NCBI GenBank assembly: GCA_002633005.1
Contig: NMRA01000329.1
Location: forward strand, 85,219-149,218
Direction: 5' to 3'
Length of the DNA stretch: 64,000 nucleotides
Origin: Phoronis australis
Lineage: Eukaryota > Animalia > Phoronida
The position numbers and the translations under genes were made by a program. The notes below the pieces were generated by a model. It was not told the DNA's origin and did not search any database. It saw only the letters and a program-made list of their open reading frames with translations. This document shows, piece after piece, positions 24,316 to 38,300 of this stretch. Positions within the stretch are counted from its first letter, which is position 1. Each line of letters begins with the position of its first letter.

Positions 24316-27300
24316 CTGCATATTCAAGCTTTTACAAACGTAAACCAACACTACCCAAAACATCGTCGCATCGACGTTGGCGTAAATTTAAGAGTTCAAA
24401 CAATTGATTTTCAAAACTTCAAGAATAACATATTTTAATATTTTACGGACGTTTAATGAGTGAAAGGTTTACACAAATTAGAATTCATAGAAATAATAAG
24501 TACCCTTTCAATTCTTCGTATGGTTTTCAATATGGAAATTAATTGATTAGAATTACAGGTATATAGACCGCCTCAAACATACGTGAAAAGCCTTTTGGAA
24601 TTTTGCCTTGGTTTTTACCAGACTTTCAATGAAGGAATCGAAACTTTGTGAAGCTGATATCCTGTGTTTTGCCTGAAGTAATTTGGGGTGCATGGAAGAC
24701 ACGACGTGTCACTTTATACACTATTGATATATTTTAACTTTATGCTATCTTCGCTGCAGACAAAAGCCAAATTTCGAGTCACCAGTCGACGGGAGCAAAG
24801 AATATCCCAGAAGCATTTGATCTCAGGTGCGCACGCATCAATTTACTTTTTTCAAGAAATATGTCAGCATTATTTACGTGAATGAAACTGAGCCACTTAC
24901 GTTCTTCCTGACTGACCAATAGTAACCTCAATTACCAGTGATGGTAAATGTCGTGTGTACTCTTCGGCCCATTGAAGGAACCTGTGGTGATTGGTCACTG
25001 TGAAGTCGATTGCTGCTATATACCGGATGTTAGACCTTGATACGACAACCCTAGATGAAACTCCGTTACTCAGTGCCAGGCTAAAATTAAAATGCATGCG
25101 TAAAATCAACCTGAATACAATGCAATCTGTCTCACTGCAGTGGCATCTTCCAATAACATGCAATAATAACTGATAGTAACTGAAAAACTGTCACATTTGA
25201 ACAATCAATTAGACAAATTTGTCACGAGTAGACCTCTGTCAATTTCGTTACTAGCACTACATTCCAAAGGTAATTGGCAGTTAACCCTCGAATGTCTGAA
25301 TTCTGATCATGTCTGTAAACGATTTCATTGTTTCCGAGGAGGACCGTACTGGGTTTCAAGGGAGTCTTTGGAATCAAGTAATGGTATATTACGTCGTTTT
25401 TGGATGACAGGTGATCATGATCATACGTTAAATACGTAAAAATTCGGCCAAAATGGAATTGTTCACTGGGGGACTGTAAAGCCAGTGACTTTGAGAGTAC
25501 AAAACTGATCGCTCTGAAATTTTACCTGTTGACGCTGACGGGATCAGCGACTTCTTCAAAACCGTGAAAGGCAATGTCAAAATCCAGCTTCATCTCTTCC
25601 CTAAATTCATTTGCTTTTACGGTCACCATGTAGTGATATCCTGGAATTTGGTCAAGCAATCTCACATGGACTACACTAAATGACTGGTGATTGGGACACA
25701 TCAAATCTGCAGGTGAACTGTCAATTCACCCGCAGCGGGCTACCGACTTAATATGAGCATTACGTAAAAGATTGCCAACAGCGTTCGCATTGGCGAATAC
25801 GAGCTCACCAACTTGAACTTAAGGCCTCGAATTGCCGGTGACGGCCTCAACCCAACTCTCAATCGCCAAACAGGGCGTCACATTCTTTACTCCACCCACC
25901 ATTTTACTCTGTCACTACCTTTGCACAAGAACAGAAATAGGGTCGATGTGTGATCAAATACTGACATTTTGTAATTTGACCAATCTGAATATAGAAAATC
26001 TGATTTACTGACCAACCATAGCTCCAGTTACAAGCCATTCTACTTCACACAAAAACTGAACGAGATACCTTTTTGGAATGGTGATACTGGCTAACCAAGC
26101 GTCAGGAGATCGAAAATGACGTCAGGGTCATAACACTTCAACGATTTAAAAGTTATTGAAATCCCGTCGCGTTCCTCTGAATCGTTTCAACACGTTAATC
26201 AGCCTGTTTTAATATTTTCCCGTGTCCTGATTACCTAGAATCAACCGCCATCTTGGACAACAAACTTTGCAAATAACGAAAGCCAGAACATGTTTTCTAC
26301 GAGTTTATGACGTCTACAGTTCAAGCTAACCATTAACAGTACAACTAGAGAAGGTGACATGCTTGCGGGGGATATGAGCTTGTGTTTGAAGTCACGACTA
26401 TTTGAAAACCCAGGTAAGTGCGTCAGAATAAACACGCCAAGCCGAATATATAAATTCACTTTCCTAACTTAATTCTGGAAATATATTTTTCTTTTCTTAG
26501 TGTCTGACGAGAATTACTGTGGTGATATATGTGTGTCGACAGGTGTTCCTTCGAAAACGTACCTAGCCAATAAAACTAATGCATTCTTGAATCGAATTAA
26601 GATCGATTAGGGTGATGAGTAGATTGCTTATTTATGAAAGGGCTCAAGACTAGAAATATACTGTAGGCGTAAAAGCTATTTTTTTTCTAGCGAAGCCTTT
26701 GGAACTCTGTAGTTCCGTGGCAATTACAGTTTCGGTGAAATGGCACCGGGAACGCGGAAAGAAATTGTTTAGTGGGTAACTAGCCTGTTTACTACAACGG
26801 TATCTACATGTACATTGGTAAGATCTGGCTGCATTTGTCAAAACCATCTATGTCTCTGGATATCAATAGGGTTCACATTACTAATGATTGGCTTCATATT
26901 GAGTACATTCGATTGACTTGGCCAGTTCCATCGGTTAACTGGTTGAGATTGGTCCTCGAACAGACCAATCCACTTGCTCGGCGAAGACAATCAAGTGCCC
27001 CCATTGTCAGAGTTTGATTGAGATTGGTGGCAATTGTTTTTTATTCAGCTATTCCTTAGAAATGGGCTATCTTACGGATTGATGGATCTGAGATTCTGGA
27101 ACACCCAAAAAGGAACCCGCCCTCTATGGGCGGCCATCTTACAATGAGTTTACTATCGGTGCTGAAATCTTGATCATCAACAGAGTGACATTGAATAGTT
27201 GAGGAAATGATGTTTCCAGCAATGTACAGTGGTCTGTAGACAATTTTGTGTGCGATTGAGTTTTGGACAGTGATTTAAACTCACCGCAATATGGAAATTC

Positions 27301-30300
27301 TCCTTTGCTCATCAACATCATAGAACCTGTTGAAGACACGTTGTTGGCATGGTACCCCATATAGTTACACCCTTCGATGCCGCACGAAAAGCAGCGGCCG
27401 TTGACAAAGTCATCCTAACATAAGTAATAATGGAACATCAGTTTAATAATGCTCCGTGTATCTAAGAATTTTCTGTATTGTTATTAACATGGGATTTTTT
27501 TCAGACACACAGGTAATAGTTAGGTTACTAGGTTTTTCTTTTCTTCCTATGACCTCCATTTGACTTGATGTTTTCTAAAGGAGATCAACGTTAATTCATA
27601 TAAAAACCCCATCAGTAAAAAGTCCACTGGCATACACATCTATTGTTGGAAAGTGTTCTGTCGAATCGTGACTTACAAAGCTAACGCAAGGATACGCCGT
27701 AAATGGACACTTTGACTTAACAGATTCAACGAATACATCATGTGATCGAGAATGGCTACAAGAAACCACATCAAATGCATCTGCAAACAAATAAAAATAA
27801 ATGATATGAGACAAAGTTAATCGTTATACTGCCTACAACACTGGAAATAAACATACACAAATAGTTCATTGTTTCTCTCTTATCAATCATTGTTTCGTTA
27901 ACTTCGGCATTTGCAAATATACAGTACAAAGGAGGTGTGGCACGAAATTAAAAAGAGGGCTGTTTCATTTGATGTAAAAGTGTTTTCATAAACAAATACC
28001 GCGATTTCTTGAATAGCAACTACACTTACCGATGGCGAATACACACTGAAAAATGTTGCTCACCAGCCGGTTTTCCCTTCAACAAATCTTTAAAGGAACC
28101 TGGCACGAAATCTTCACAACCAGGCTGAACTGCGCCACCATTAGGAAAAAAATCAACGTGCCCAGACTGCGAACTGGTCCCAGCGCCTCCTCGATAGACT
28201 GGAGCGCCATTGCTATGAATGACGTCGACAAAGATGGCGTCTGTGGAGTCAAGTCTAACGTCAGGTGATTGATTCTGAAACTTTGGTCCAGCTGGATCTA
28301 GTCCTGAGGGTAGCAAATGTAGCAATTTCCATGATAATAAAATTTCTTCTCATTATTTACTTAAACATCATATATGCCAGCATAATAGTACATGTATATC
28401 GACACATATAATGTATGACAAGAATTGTACGAAAAACAAAATGGCCTATCTCAAAATCCAACTGCAATCTGCTGGTTCGGTAGTACGCACAATTATATTT
28501 ACCTTCCGAGGAGAATTATTGAGAAGCAGGATACAGGCAACATTGTTCAAAAATTTTAGGGTGTAAAAGTCACTGTGTCAGACTTTCAAAACTCAAAACC
28601 TATCCACGTGTATACTTCTTACGAACTTTTCAAATATGTTAATTAAAAACTTTCAAAACGAAAATTAAAAAAATAAAAATTAATACTTTTGTCGCCGCTC
28701 GTGTGTTTATGATGGGCCTGATTCTCTAGGGAATGATAACATATCAGCCTGAGTCGATGTAACTAACTACAACTGTATGGTGTTTTCGATCAGTGCGGCG
28801 CATTTTGAGGTACACAAACCGGTCGAGTTGCTCAATCTGGACCTGTGAGGGTGTCAACGTACAGTGTAATGGATATTTTCATGCTGGGAAGAGACAGGGA
28901 AGGGATACGTGCTTTTGTGAGCACATTACATTATACATAGGATAAAAATCATTACTATGTCACACGAAGTCAAGTAACGTTCCATATCCATGTACACATC
29001 TATTTTTTTTCAGACACACTTTAAAGAACGCGTAGCAAGCAGAGTAAAACATTAAAAAACAAACCAGAAATTCTGCCAATTTCCCCGTCAAATTCTCTTC
29101 CAACATAACCGGCAATTTGTGCTCCAAGACTGTGACCAATCAAATGAATCTGCTGGAGCTTAGAGCCTAATTTAGTCATCAACTGGAATGAAATACATTG
29201 CAGTGTTCGCGAAAATCTTCTGGACCAATAGAGAAACAGTGTTGCTCTCGAACAGATGCTTTTTCCTGTAACTTGAGGTTCTTAAAATTATCATTGTTGC
29301 GTAAAAATAACGAAAAATATGAGATTAATAACCAACCTTGGTTATATTTTGAGATACTTTTCATCTTGCCGCATTGGGATTTCGATATTTTTGGAAATAT
29401 AACGTTATGAGACAGGGTTTATGACAAAGGCTTTCAATCATTTTCATGAAATAGGCTCTTTAAGAATAACAGTAATGAAGTGACGCAAACGACTAAGCGA
29501 CTGCAAAATCAACACAGACTTGTTCAGTTACCAAAGCGGTTACTGTGTCTGCACGATGGGCGTGATTGCAGGCTCAAAGAAGCCTTTTCCTTGGCCGTTC
29601 ATCTCTTGTCTAGTATTGTTGAGTGCACGGTTTAAGGACCAAAAGAAAATAATTATCTCTAAATCTTGCCTCTTCATCGTAACCAGGAATTACACAAAAC
29701 TTCAACAAAATTCTTAAGCAATAACGCTTTCAGATATATCGACGACGTGGAAAATAAATTGCACCTCGTATTTGCTAGATGACAATAGGGTAGTTGGTGG
29801 ACAGCTAGTGTCAAATGAAGACCCTTTTTTACATTTGAGGAAGGCATACATCTCTAACATCTGGTTCTTTATTGGTCAATCAAGGATGAGGTCAGCCGGT
29901 GTATTTAAATCAGTTGAACAACAATGCATGCTCTTAATTACTGGCCTTGAGTTGTAATTCAAGCGATAAACAGTTGCTATGGTCAATATGCTCAATGTCC
30001 ACAATGTCGCTCGAGCAGGATTCAATCAAAAAGGACCCGAGTACAATTGAAACCATTGAGGAACAATCGATTAAACATTTGTCCCAGAAAAATGACAGGA
30101 AATAAGAGAGATAAGAGACAAGATTAAAATACGCATATAGATACAAACTAAATTGGATTTTCCTCAGTGTGGTAGAAGTCTGGTTAAATAGCTTCGTTTT
30201 CGAGATAAACACCAGACTCGAATGCTAATGGAATCTGGATTCGAGGCAAGTGGGCCCTGTCTGCAATCCTGCATGGATTTAATGTAATTGGAAATCTTTG

Positions 30301-32298
30301 TCACCATCATTTCGCTATCCAAACGTATCACAAACAAATATTTTTAAAACGTCTAAAGGTACCGTCCATTCGTCTCGCCAATGTTAATTAGGAATCGGGT
30401 CAAGCGAAAGGCGTAGTTGTTCTCCCACAACCCTAAATTAATTTTGACTCAGATATAACATCCTCGATTAATTTGAAGTTAGTTTGTTTGGTATCAATAA
30501 GTGCCTAAATTTGTACATAGAACGGACCAATTTCTCAGAACATGAATGAGATTTTAAATCACAAAAGTTAAATACATACCATTTAAACATGGTAAACCGC
30601 ACATGGGCAAAGACAACGTTTTTTAAAATATAAAATTTTCAATGCGCAGACGCACGCAGTCTGCAGAGAGACATGACTGGAAATTAATCAGGCTTGAGAA
30701 CCCTGAAACAACACACTGCTTGTTAACCTTCACGAGAAGAGAAATTTCCTTGGCAACCACCCTCGTATTCGCAACTGCTTTCCGATAGTACGGCATTCTT
30801 GCTCCATTTTTCCAACCGACAAACACGACATTTGCGGGCTCCTAAAACGAAGACATTTGAATGAATTAATTCTCTTTCGACCGATTTCAGAAATGACAGA
30901 TCGTATTCGATCAAAACTTGCAGATATTGTGATTTACACATGTACGTATAAGTAACCAAACCATATTAAGAATTATTTTTAAAACAATCCACACTAAGGA
31001 ATGTCAAAAATAGGATTAAGGTATTAAAGAAAAAACTCGAAAACTGAATAAAACAAAAACTATATATATGTATATTTTTGAAAACTGTAACAGAGATTCT
31101 GAGATCTGGCCTCTTGAGCAGTTATACGAAGTAAAAGTTGATTATGTTAGAGATAATGTTGTGTTGCAATCAATGTACCTTTTTAGCTACATTTTACTAA
31201 AAAGACATGGTCACTTGATCCAGATAATGACAGACTGAATTTAAATTGAAAAATCAGAAATCACAGGTTTTCTAATATCAGAAAGTATATTTAATTAATG
31301 AGTGAACTCTTAAATTTTGTGAATGTTTGGCTAAAGGTGCAGACCTTACCAGAGACTTACAACTTAAAAGAGAGCAGGCCCGTGTTTTTTTCTCCACACT
31401 ATTTTAATGGTATAATAGTTTATTGGAGTCTCATTGGGTGGTGACACTTGTCACTAAATCGATGAGTTTCATTACATCTACATCAAAACAGCTTGTTCCG
31501 CAACTGGATCGTGTTTGTCCTCCCAAGATCAAACAGATGACACTGGCAACATGAATGAGCATCTGCATTAAGACATGTTGTAAAGGCTCGGCAAATTTTA
31601 TAAAGATCACAGCCGCATTTGTGAGAATAGTAATGCATAGAATTAAGAAGAAAATGCAAAAATGTATGATTCAGTAGCCCCAAATGCTACACAAGCAGCT
31701 GCGGACGTAATTTTGATTTGTCTAGAGGTGTTTGCGCTTTCGAAGCCTCCTTCGCTGTAGATTTCAAGAATGGAAATTATTCCAAGACAAACACTGCATA
31801 CTTGCCGAGTGTTCCAATGAGCAGCGGGATGTAAATGCCATATCATAGCTTGTTGCAACTCTATCGACAGTCATGTAAAAGTGCGCGCTCTTTGGTTCAC
31901 AAAGGTTAAAAACCCGAGATCTCACAAGTCGTTACATGAACATGTTTTCTTACCGTTTCAAGTATCGCTTCTTTGAGTGGAGTATACCATGGTGATGAAT
32001 CGACAGACATCGCGAAACCATGGATGATGATCTTCACGGGATTCTTTGAATTGAAATTCGACTTGGAAACAGTCGTGATATCCATGTAATCCAAGACATC
32101 TTCAGCTATGGGATTTTCGCGCGTGTAAAGTAGTAATTTAGTTCCTATCTCTTTGGGAGATTGCGGAAGGATCCCATCCGTGTTTGTAAAGGGAGGTAAA
32201 ACATCAAAGCATCCCACATATTGGTAGCAAGTGGATGAACTCTTGCTTGGAATGCCAGCGGCAACAGATATAAAAAAGACTGGAAATAGGGAAAACAT
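24273..32298 (-). CDS. Pancreatic lipase-related protein, lipase A (lipase domain + PLAT-like C-terminus), about 9 coding exons
   Basis: Exons (minus): 32298-31954, 30841-30728, 29182-29065, 28303-28064, 27780-27677, 27414-27285, 25640-25526, 25080-24901, 24315-24273 (last exon less certain). Motifs: CYQYVGCF, IIHGF, ANTRVV, HLIGHSLGA, GLDPAGP, VDVIHSN, GHVDFFPNGG..QPGC, CSHSRS. Start is either the ATG at 32298 (short signal peptide MFSLFPVFFISVAAG) or an acceptor at 32279 fed by an unidentified upstream exon. Confidence 0.92.
24901..25080 (-). CDS. Lipase A PLAT-region exon 2
   Basis: SLALSNGVSSRVVV...VIEVTIGQSGR; AG/GTAAGT ends, phase matches. Confidence 0.72.
25526..25640 (-). CDS. Lipase A PLAT-region exon 1
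   Basis: GYHYMVTVKAN...IAFHG...; AG/GT ends, phase matches. Confidence 0.82.
27285..27414 (-). CDS. Lipase A exon (Cys-rich, MGY)
   Basis: DDFVNGRCFSCGIEGCNYMGYHA...FPYC; AG/GT ends. Confidence 0.92.
27677..27780 (-). CDS. Lipase A exon with catalytic His
   Basis: DAFDVVSCSHSRSHDVFVESVKSKCPFTAYPCVSF; AG/GT ends. Confidence 0.93.
28064..28303 (-). CDS. Lipase A exon with catalytic Asp and start of lid
   Basis: GLDPAGPKF...VDVIHSN...GHVDFFPNGGAVQPGC; AG/GT ends. Confidence 0.95.
29065..29182 (-). CDS. Lipase A exon with nucleophile GHSLG
   Basis: LMTKLGSKLQQIHLIGHSLGAQIAGYVGREFDGEIGRIS; AG/GT ends. Confidence 0.93.
30728..30841 (-). CDS. Lipase A exon (NVVFVGW...ANTRVV)
   Basis: EPANVVFVGWKNGARMPYYRKAVANTRVVAKEISLLVK; AG/GT ends. 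Confidence 0.9.
31954..32298 (-). CDS. Lipase A exon: signal/N-terminus to IIHGF
   Basis: CYQYVGCFDVLPPF...LLYTREN...KIIIHGF...EAILET |gtaaga. Confidence 0.9.
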
Positions 32299-33292
32299 TG
32301 TGGATTTTCAAAAGCAAATAGAAAGCAATTGTCACAAAATTTTAGTAACTCAAATACACGTTTACAGTTGGCAACACGTTTTGTCTCGGACCAACTTCCG
32401 CATTCGTTTGAAAAGATTAATTGACGGCACTGTAGTACCACAAATTCACGAGAAAAATTATTCGACCAGATGGAATCGATAATTACGTAAATGTGTATTG
32501 GAAGGGACATTGCCGTTTGCCCACATTTGGGAATTGTCGCTGGATGGAATGGACATTTCGAAATTTTCACTTTGACTAGAGATATATACACAAAACGTAC
32601 CGAGAGTGGCGTACATGGAGTAATATCCCACGAGACATTATTCCGCGTATCGACAGAGACCGCGTTAGGTTGCAAGTTTTTGAAAAAGAAACAGTTTTAA
32701 AAGAGGTAGCAAAGATGAAAACAACGGCAACTGAGCAGTGAACTTGTAACATCTCCTGAAAATAGTTAAAAACAACAATATTTGATATTTTAATTTCCTA
32801 GGAAATGGCGCCTGAGTTGCAGACGATATACTATTCAGCAATTGAAAACTGAGATATAAGTGTCGTATAATTAACAGTTTTGTTCCAAATTTTACGTTTA
32901 GGGCCTGGTTGCATGTCGAGTGCTAGTTACACTGTTGCAACTATGTTACTTTGATTTATATTTGGAAAGTTTGATGATCGAACCGGCTCAGAAGACGTCG
33001 AGTCGACATTGACCTATAGTGTACCTTTTGAGCTTTCCATGTCAGAGCTAGGTCGCTGTTAAAGTAGAGTGGGAGGTGAATATGGAAAACTTTATTTCAT
33101 GGCCGTATTTCCCTCGACAGATTCAACGCGCGTGGGATAAAAACAATACATTCCGTTGTGAGTTTACGACATCATTACAAATCTCTAAATCTTGCAGCTG
33201 TCTCGAAGACATTAGCTGAACTAAAGGCCCGGAAATTAAATGGTTACGAACTGTACTTTAAATACAATCGAGTGCGAATTAGCTCGTCTGTA

Positions 33293-33432
33293 CATGACCG
33301 GAGCAGCACTGAAAAAAGTTGGGTCAAAGCCCCACACCCCCGCCAGCGGGGCGCCGCCCATAGACCATGTGCTACGCAGCACTGAAAAAGTGGGGGCTAT
33401 AGCCCCCCAGCCCCTGTGGTGCGCCGCCCATG
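33293..33432. mobile_element. Tandem dimer of the same mini-MITE family
   Basis: Two units GCAGCACTGAAAAA(A)GT.GG...AGCCCC...GCGCCGCCCAT; flanks CTGTA and CAGTA (4 of 5 match). Confidence 0.7.
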
Positions 33433-35302
33433 CAGTAAAACGTTTGGATACGAACGAAAAGGTTCCTCTGATCTAATCCATGCAGGGGCTGATTTAAAAA
33501 AATCACTTTTCACGCCGATGATGACTTTAACAAAAGTATTAATGTCACATGTATCTTTTAGACATTGTCATAGGTAAATTTAAGGCACACCAACCGTATA
33601 TGTGCGTTATCCAAACGTTACGCAATTCGAATGTTGATACTCCTCACTAGTGAGCTGTCTGTGGAAATGCTAAAATGACCAACAGCTTTGACGAGAGCTC
33701 AAAACTTCCTAAAATGATCTGTCCTAATTACAAACCACTGCCAAGTTAGAAGCGTTACAAAAACCAATAAGGTTTACCGATTAGTTCTACTTCAGTCTTT
33801 AACGTACACTGTATGTCATTGCATTTTTGCTCTACTCGCGTAATCCAACGATAAGGGTCTGTTGGAATCACTGGCGGATCTACATATACGAATATAAACT
33901 TTGTATCCCGATATCAGCAGCTGTAGTGCTTTTTCTACAATTAGTATCACGAATGCAAATGGCGCAGTCCAAGTCCTTTCATAGATGTTCACCGGAAATC
34001 CAGCAAATCTCTGTAAGAGTCGCGTGTCATCTCGTATTTGGAAAAACCCGCATGCGCGCAACTGAAGTTGTGATAAGAACACTTCAGCTTTCGAGATATT
34101 CTGAATTCAACCACCACGTGTAGATGTTTACTAAATGTTGGATAGAATTTAATCTGAGACGCATGTGATTCCACTTCAGTACGTACCAATAAAACTTATT
34201 CGCACTATGTCCTGCATACCGTAGTCTCTCCCCAGCCTCATCGAGTACACGTACTGTCTGTCTATCGGTGGCTAAGGAGCGGTCTAAGTTACATGTACTG
34301 TACATTCTAAGTCGTGAGATTTTGTCATGTGTCTTGCTTACATAAGCGTTAATGGTTTACGGAGATATACTGTATTACTCAACATTTCTGAAGGACAATT
34401 CTTGCTCAAGGGTGTTATGGTAACAAGTTGCATCTTTTCATTCCCCAATATCGAGATACTAAGTTTAATTAGAATTATTCAATTAATAATACCATAGTTG
34501 GCAAAACGTTTATTAATCAAATTAAAGCCATTCCCAATAAGAACTGCATTGACATTTTTAGAACTGTACCAGGCATGGTATTAGCACACCCGTGTACATC
34601 TAGTACACGGAATTTAAGACAGAACTTTGCAGTAGAAACACGCATAAAATTTAGCTTGTCAAGAGTTCTTGTCCAAGTCTTTAGTTAATATAATTCCTGC
34701 TTTTATCTTTCAAGATTGACGTCAGAGATTACAGAACGAGGATTGGTTGAAATCATCAAGATAAGGTTTAGTAACATTTTTGCTAAAGCGCATTGTATTT
34801 TACTACATCCATGAGCTATGCAATTATTGCTGACAACTCAAATCACAGATATTGCGTGCATGCGGCATTTTCCTGTTGGACAATTTAATACACTTCGAAC
34901 CATTTTTTGCATCGTTACCGGTTTCGATGCTCTTGCTGGTCAGAAAAATGTAATCCTAGCTATAAAGCCAAGGAATATTATAATACAGGTTTAAAATGAG
35001 AGTAGAGACTAAAACAAAAATTGAATTATTCGATTTTTGCTGTTAGTGAGGACAAAATGTAGCTTTAGCGAACAAAAGTACACAGGTAAAAGTCGTCAGT
35101 GATGTGTAAATTTTATTTAAAGTGGTTCCCTCCTCTCACTTGACGGCAACAAAATTTAAATCCACTATACTAACTCATAAAACAGATAAAACGTAGCACG
35201 TCATTTTTTTTAAATTGACCAAAGTACATCGCGGGAATGTATATTCAACGGTGGTTGATTACTTCTAATAGAGTTTCTGCAACATCAAATGGATCCCAAA
35301 GG

Positions 35303-35372
35303 TCACGAGCATGGGTAGAAAGTTTCTCTCACTTTGCTGTCCACTGAACTAACGCTGGTGCAGAATGAGCTC
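35303..35372 (-). CDS. Lipase B terminal exon
   Basis: RSSFCTSVSSVDSKVRETFYPCS*; same length as and homologous to the lipase C last exon. Confidence 0.9.
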
Positions 35373-38300
35373 CTGCAAAATATAATAGACACGTCACATG
35401 CAATACATGTACATGTACGCTAACAGTTCCGTTGCATCAAAGCCGGTCACCACAATAGTTTGTTACCGGCTCACCCATGCACTTTCATCCGGAATTTGGC
35501 ATGCCGTATACTCGTCGCCAACACCGCCACCCTAGTTTGATCAAGGTGTGAGAACCGAACAAAATAGGGCAGAAGTACTTATTCTCTATTACTGACGAAA
35601 ACTTAACAATCAAAACAACTGTTTAATAAGCAATTTTTAGGCGACATGTATTTGTTCAAGGTGTTTGAGAAGATTAATTAAACTACATGGAAAGTCTTTA
35701 TCGGTCGTTTTCAGACCTATTAACTCTGATACTCTTAGATTTTTCTGTAGTATTTTGGCAAACAGCACGTTATGTGCCAACTTGCGTTCGGGTCTATTGC
35801 TGAACGGACACTCAAGTGATTTTCAATTCGTCTTTAAGCAACGCCAACCCTTTTTCAAAACGATCACTTGGGGGCGTTCGTTAGAAAGTAAATATGGAGA
35901 GCAACGGATAGATCGATTCCTTGTCTCAGTGTAACTGTACAAAGATATGACACCACAACAGAATATTCCTTTCAAACAGTATTCTTTAATCGATTACAAA
36001 CTTGGACCTGTCAAATTTCTATCGCAGTATGTCATATTTCCTAGGCTTACATATAAATTGTCAGCCACGTTATTACAAAGGACTGCACTTGCTACATGTA
36101 CGTAAGCCAACGCTATTTTCTTCAGCATTCGTTACTTGCACACTTTGGTGGCGCAACAAAAAATGTTTGTTGTGCATTGTTGTTGAAGACACAATTCCTC
36201 ATTTTAGCATCAAGTTTCACAACCGAAGCATAAAAGCGCGCGTGTTACAAACATGCAGGACCATTGTAGTTTGGACAAAACACCTCGTTCTCAAGCATAA
36301 TGACGAACTCGTGCAAGTAGTTAATTGGCTTGTTTATACTAGAACGCCAGAACAAATGCCTGAAGTAGTTCACTTTGCTCAGTTCCTATCGCTTGAGCGC
36401 ATCAGTGCAGAACCTCGCAGTACGCCCGGCACGCGTAATGACTTTTGGTCTAGCCTGAGTCGTCACTTGCAAGAACTGACAAGTCATGAATGTGACGAAT
36501 TACCCAGTTATACATTTATATGTTTGAAAGTTCAATACCAAAGCGAATTTTCTGATAAATTACTTGTCTGTTATACACATAATACACTGTATGTACGCAC
36601 GTGATGTACTTTTTCATTCAAAATAGAACACAATTTCATATCAATTAATGACAATTTCATTGTAGGAGCTTTACCTCTGGGCCAGTTCGCCGGCAGACAC
36701 GGTGACTTTCCGAAAATTAACCGTGGGTGTTCTTAGTATGGACCAATGTCCTGGCCTTGTATAGATGACTTTGTGTCTCCAGCGGAGATCTACGGTTCGT
36801 AGAGATCCAATGTCTTTGTGCCACAGAACGGAGAAACTGTAGGTTTTGCCAGGTTCAATAAAAATGTCACTGAAACCACAAGAAGGATGAATTTTCAAAG
36901 CAAGCCTATTATGCGAGACAAGTCAAACTGACTCAAGAAAACGCAAGGCTGAAAGACATTTAATTTCTAGAACCACGCCAAAACGGAATATTTCTCTGAC
37001 ATAAAATAAACGTTCACTATCCAGGACTTATAATTTTGCATCCTGTCTACACGTTATAGTTATCACAGACGATCGTCGCATACCGCTGTGGCATACGCTA
37101 GTAATCGCGAGATTAAAAATCACACAAGATATCGCTATATGTGGTGCATTCAATGGAGACGTTGTGGATGTCCTTATGGTTGTTTTTTGTAGTATACGGT
37201 TGTCGAATTACCGTCTAGACAGGGCTTTTCTCAAACTACAATGTACATATACACTACTTCCAGAGCTTACAACACCTTCTGTAAATTCTGATTTAGACGA
37301 AGTAATAACAAAGCCAAAGCGCCTATTTTTTACTGTTGCCAGTTTGTAAATGTTTCAAAATCTCGTATATCGCGAGAACTTGACTAGCTCTTACTCAGGA
37401 GTTAACAAGAGTTCATCTGTAGCGTCATCGCTTCCATACATGACCACGTATATTTTACCATACTCTTTTCTTCCATCATTGCCGACTGAAACTTTCATTT
37501 GGAAATGGTAACCTTCAAAAAACAAAAAGTACATAAACATAGCTGACGAAAATTTTAGCATAGAGCAGCAATTATTCTTGACGGGTTAGAGAATCCGTTC
37601 ATAAGAGTTGCAACTTGCGTATGAACACGGCTTGAGGTCAATAATCGATTGACCCTTCCCACACTGCATTTCCCAAAAGGAAACACAATGTATACGCGCA
37701 TTCGTGGCGATTACCATCAAGGGTCTGACGTTATCCACTGAGATCAGTTATCAAAAACGTTCACAACAGGACTGTGTTGCATAAAATTTAAAAACGTATT
37801 GACGGGATAATTTTCACTGTTGCATGTGACGTCAAGTACACTGTTAAACAACATCTTGATAATCAACAAACCGTGGAACATTCAATGTTTATTTTCTACA
37901 TTATGGTATAACGCTACAAAGGACCAGCGAAATTGAAGAGCAAAGTCGTTCAGTTTTTATAAAGCCGTGAAATATACGTGTAATGATAAAAACATGACAA
38001 TTTTAAGGCATCCAGTTGAGAAAACACAGTTTGAATAAATTTACTAGAATTAGCGACGTTTCGTCTGTCTCTCACAGACTTCAGGTTGGCTAATAACGTT
38101 GTTATTATTCTGGCTAATTCATAGGTGGATTTTTAACCAGACGTCGCGGCATCGATGTGTAATGAATGCCAAACATTTAGAAAATGTAAGTTTCGATATA
38201 TTTTTCTTTTATTGATATTGTTCCTGTCGAAGAAACTCGTTTGCTTTTCTAAAGTTGTGAGTGGCTATTCAGTTGGAGCTTGGTGAGTCAAAATGGTCAA

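Noticed and set aside
36002-36604. 200-aa + strand ORF antisense to the last intron of lipase B
   Set aside because: Non-ATG start, no motifs and no splice support; probably chance.
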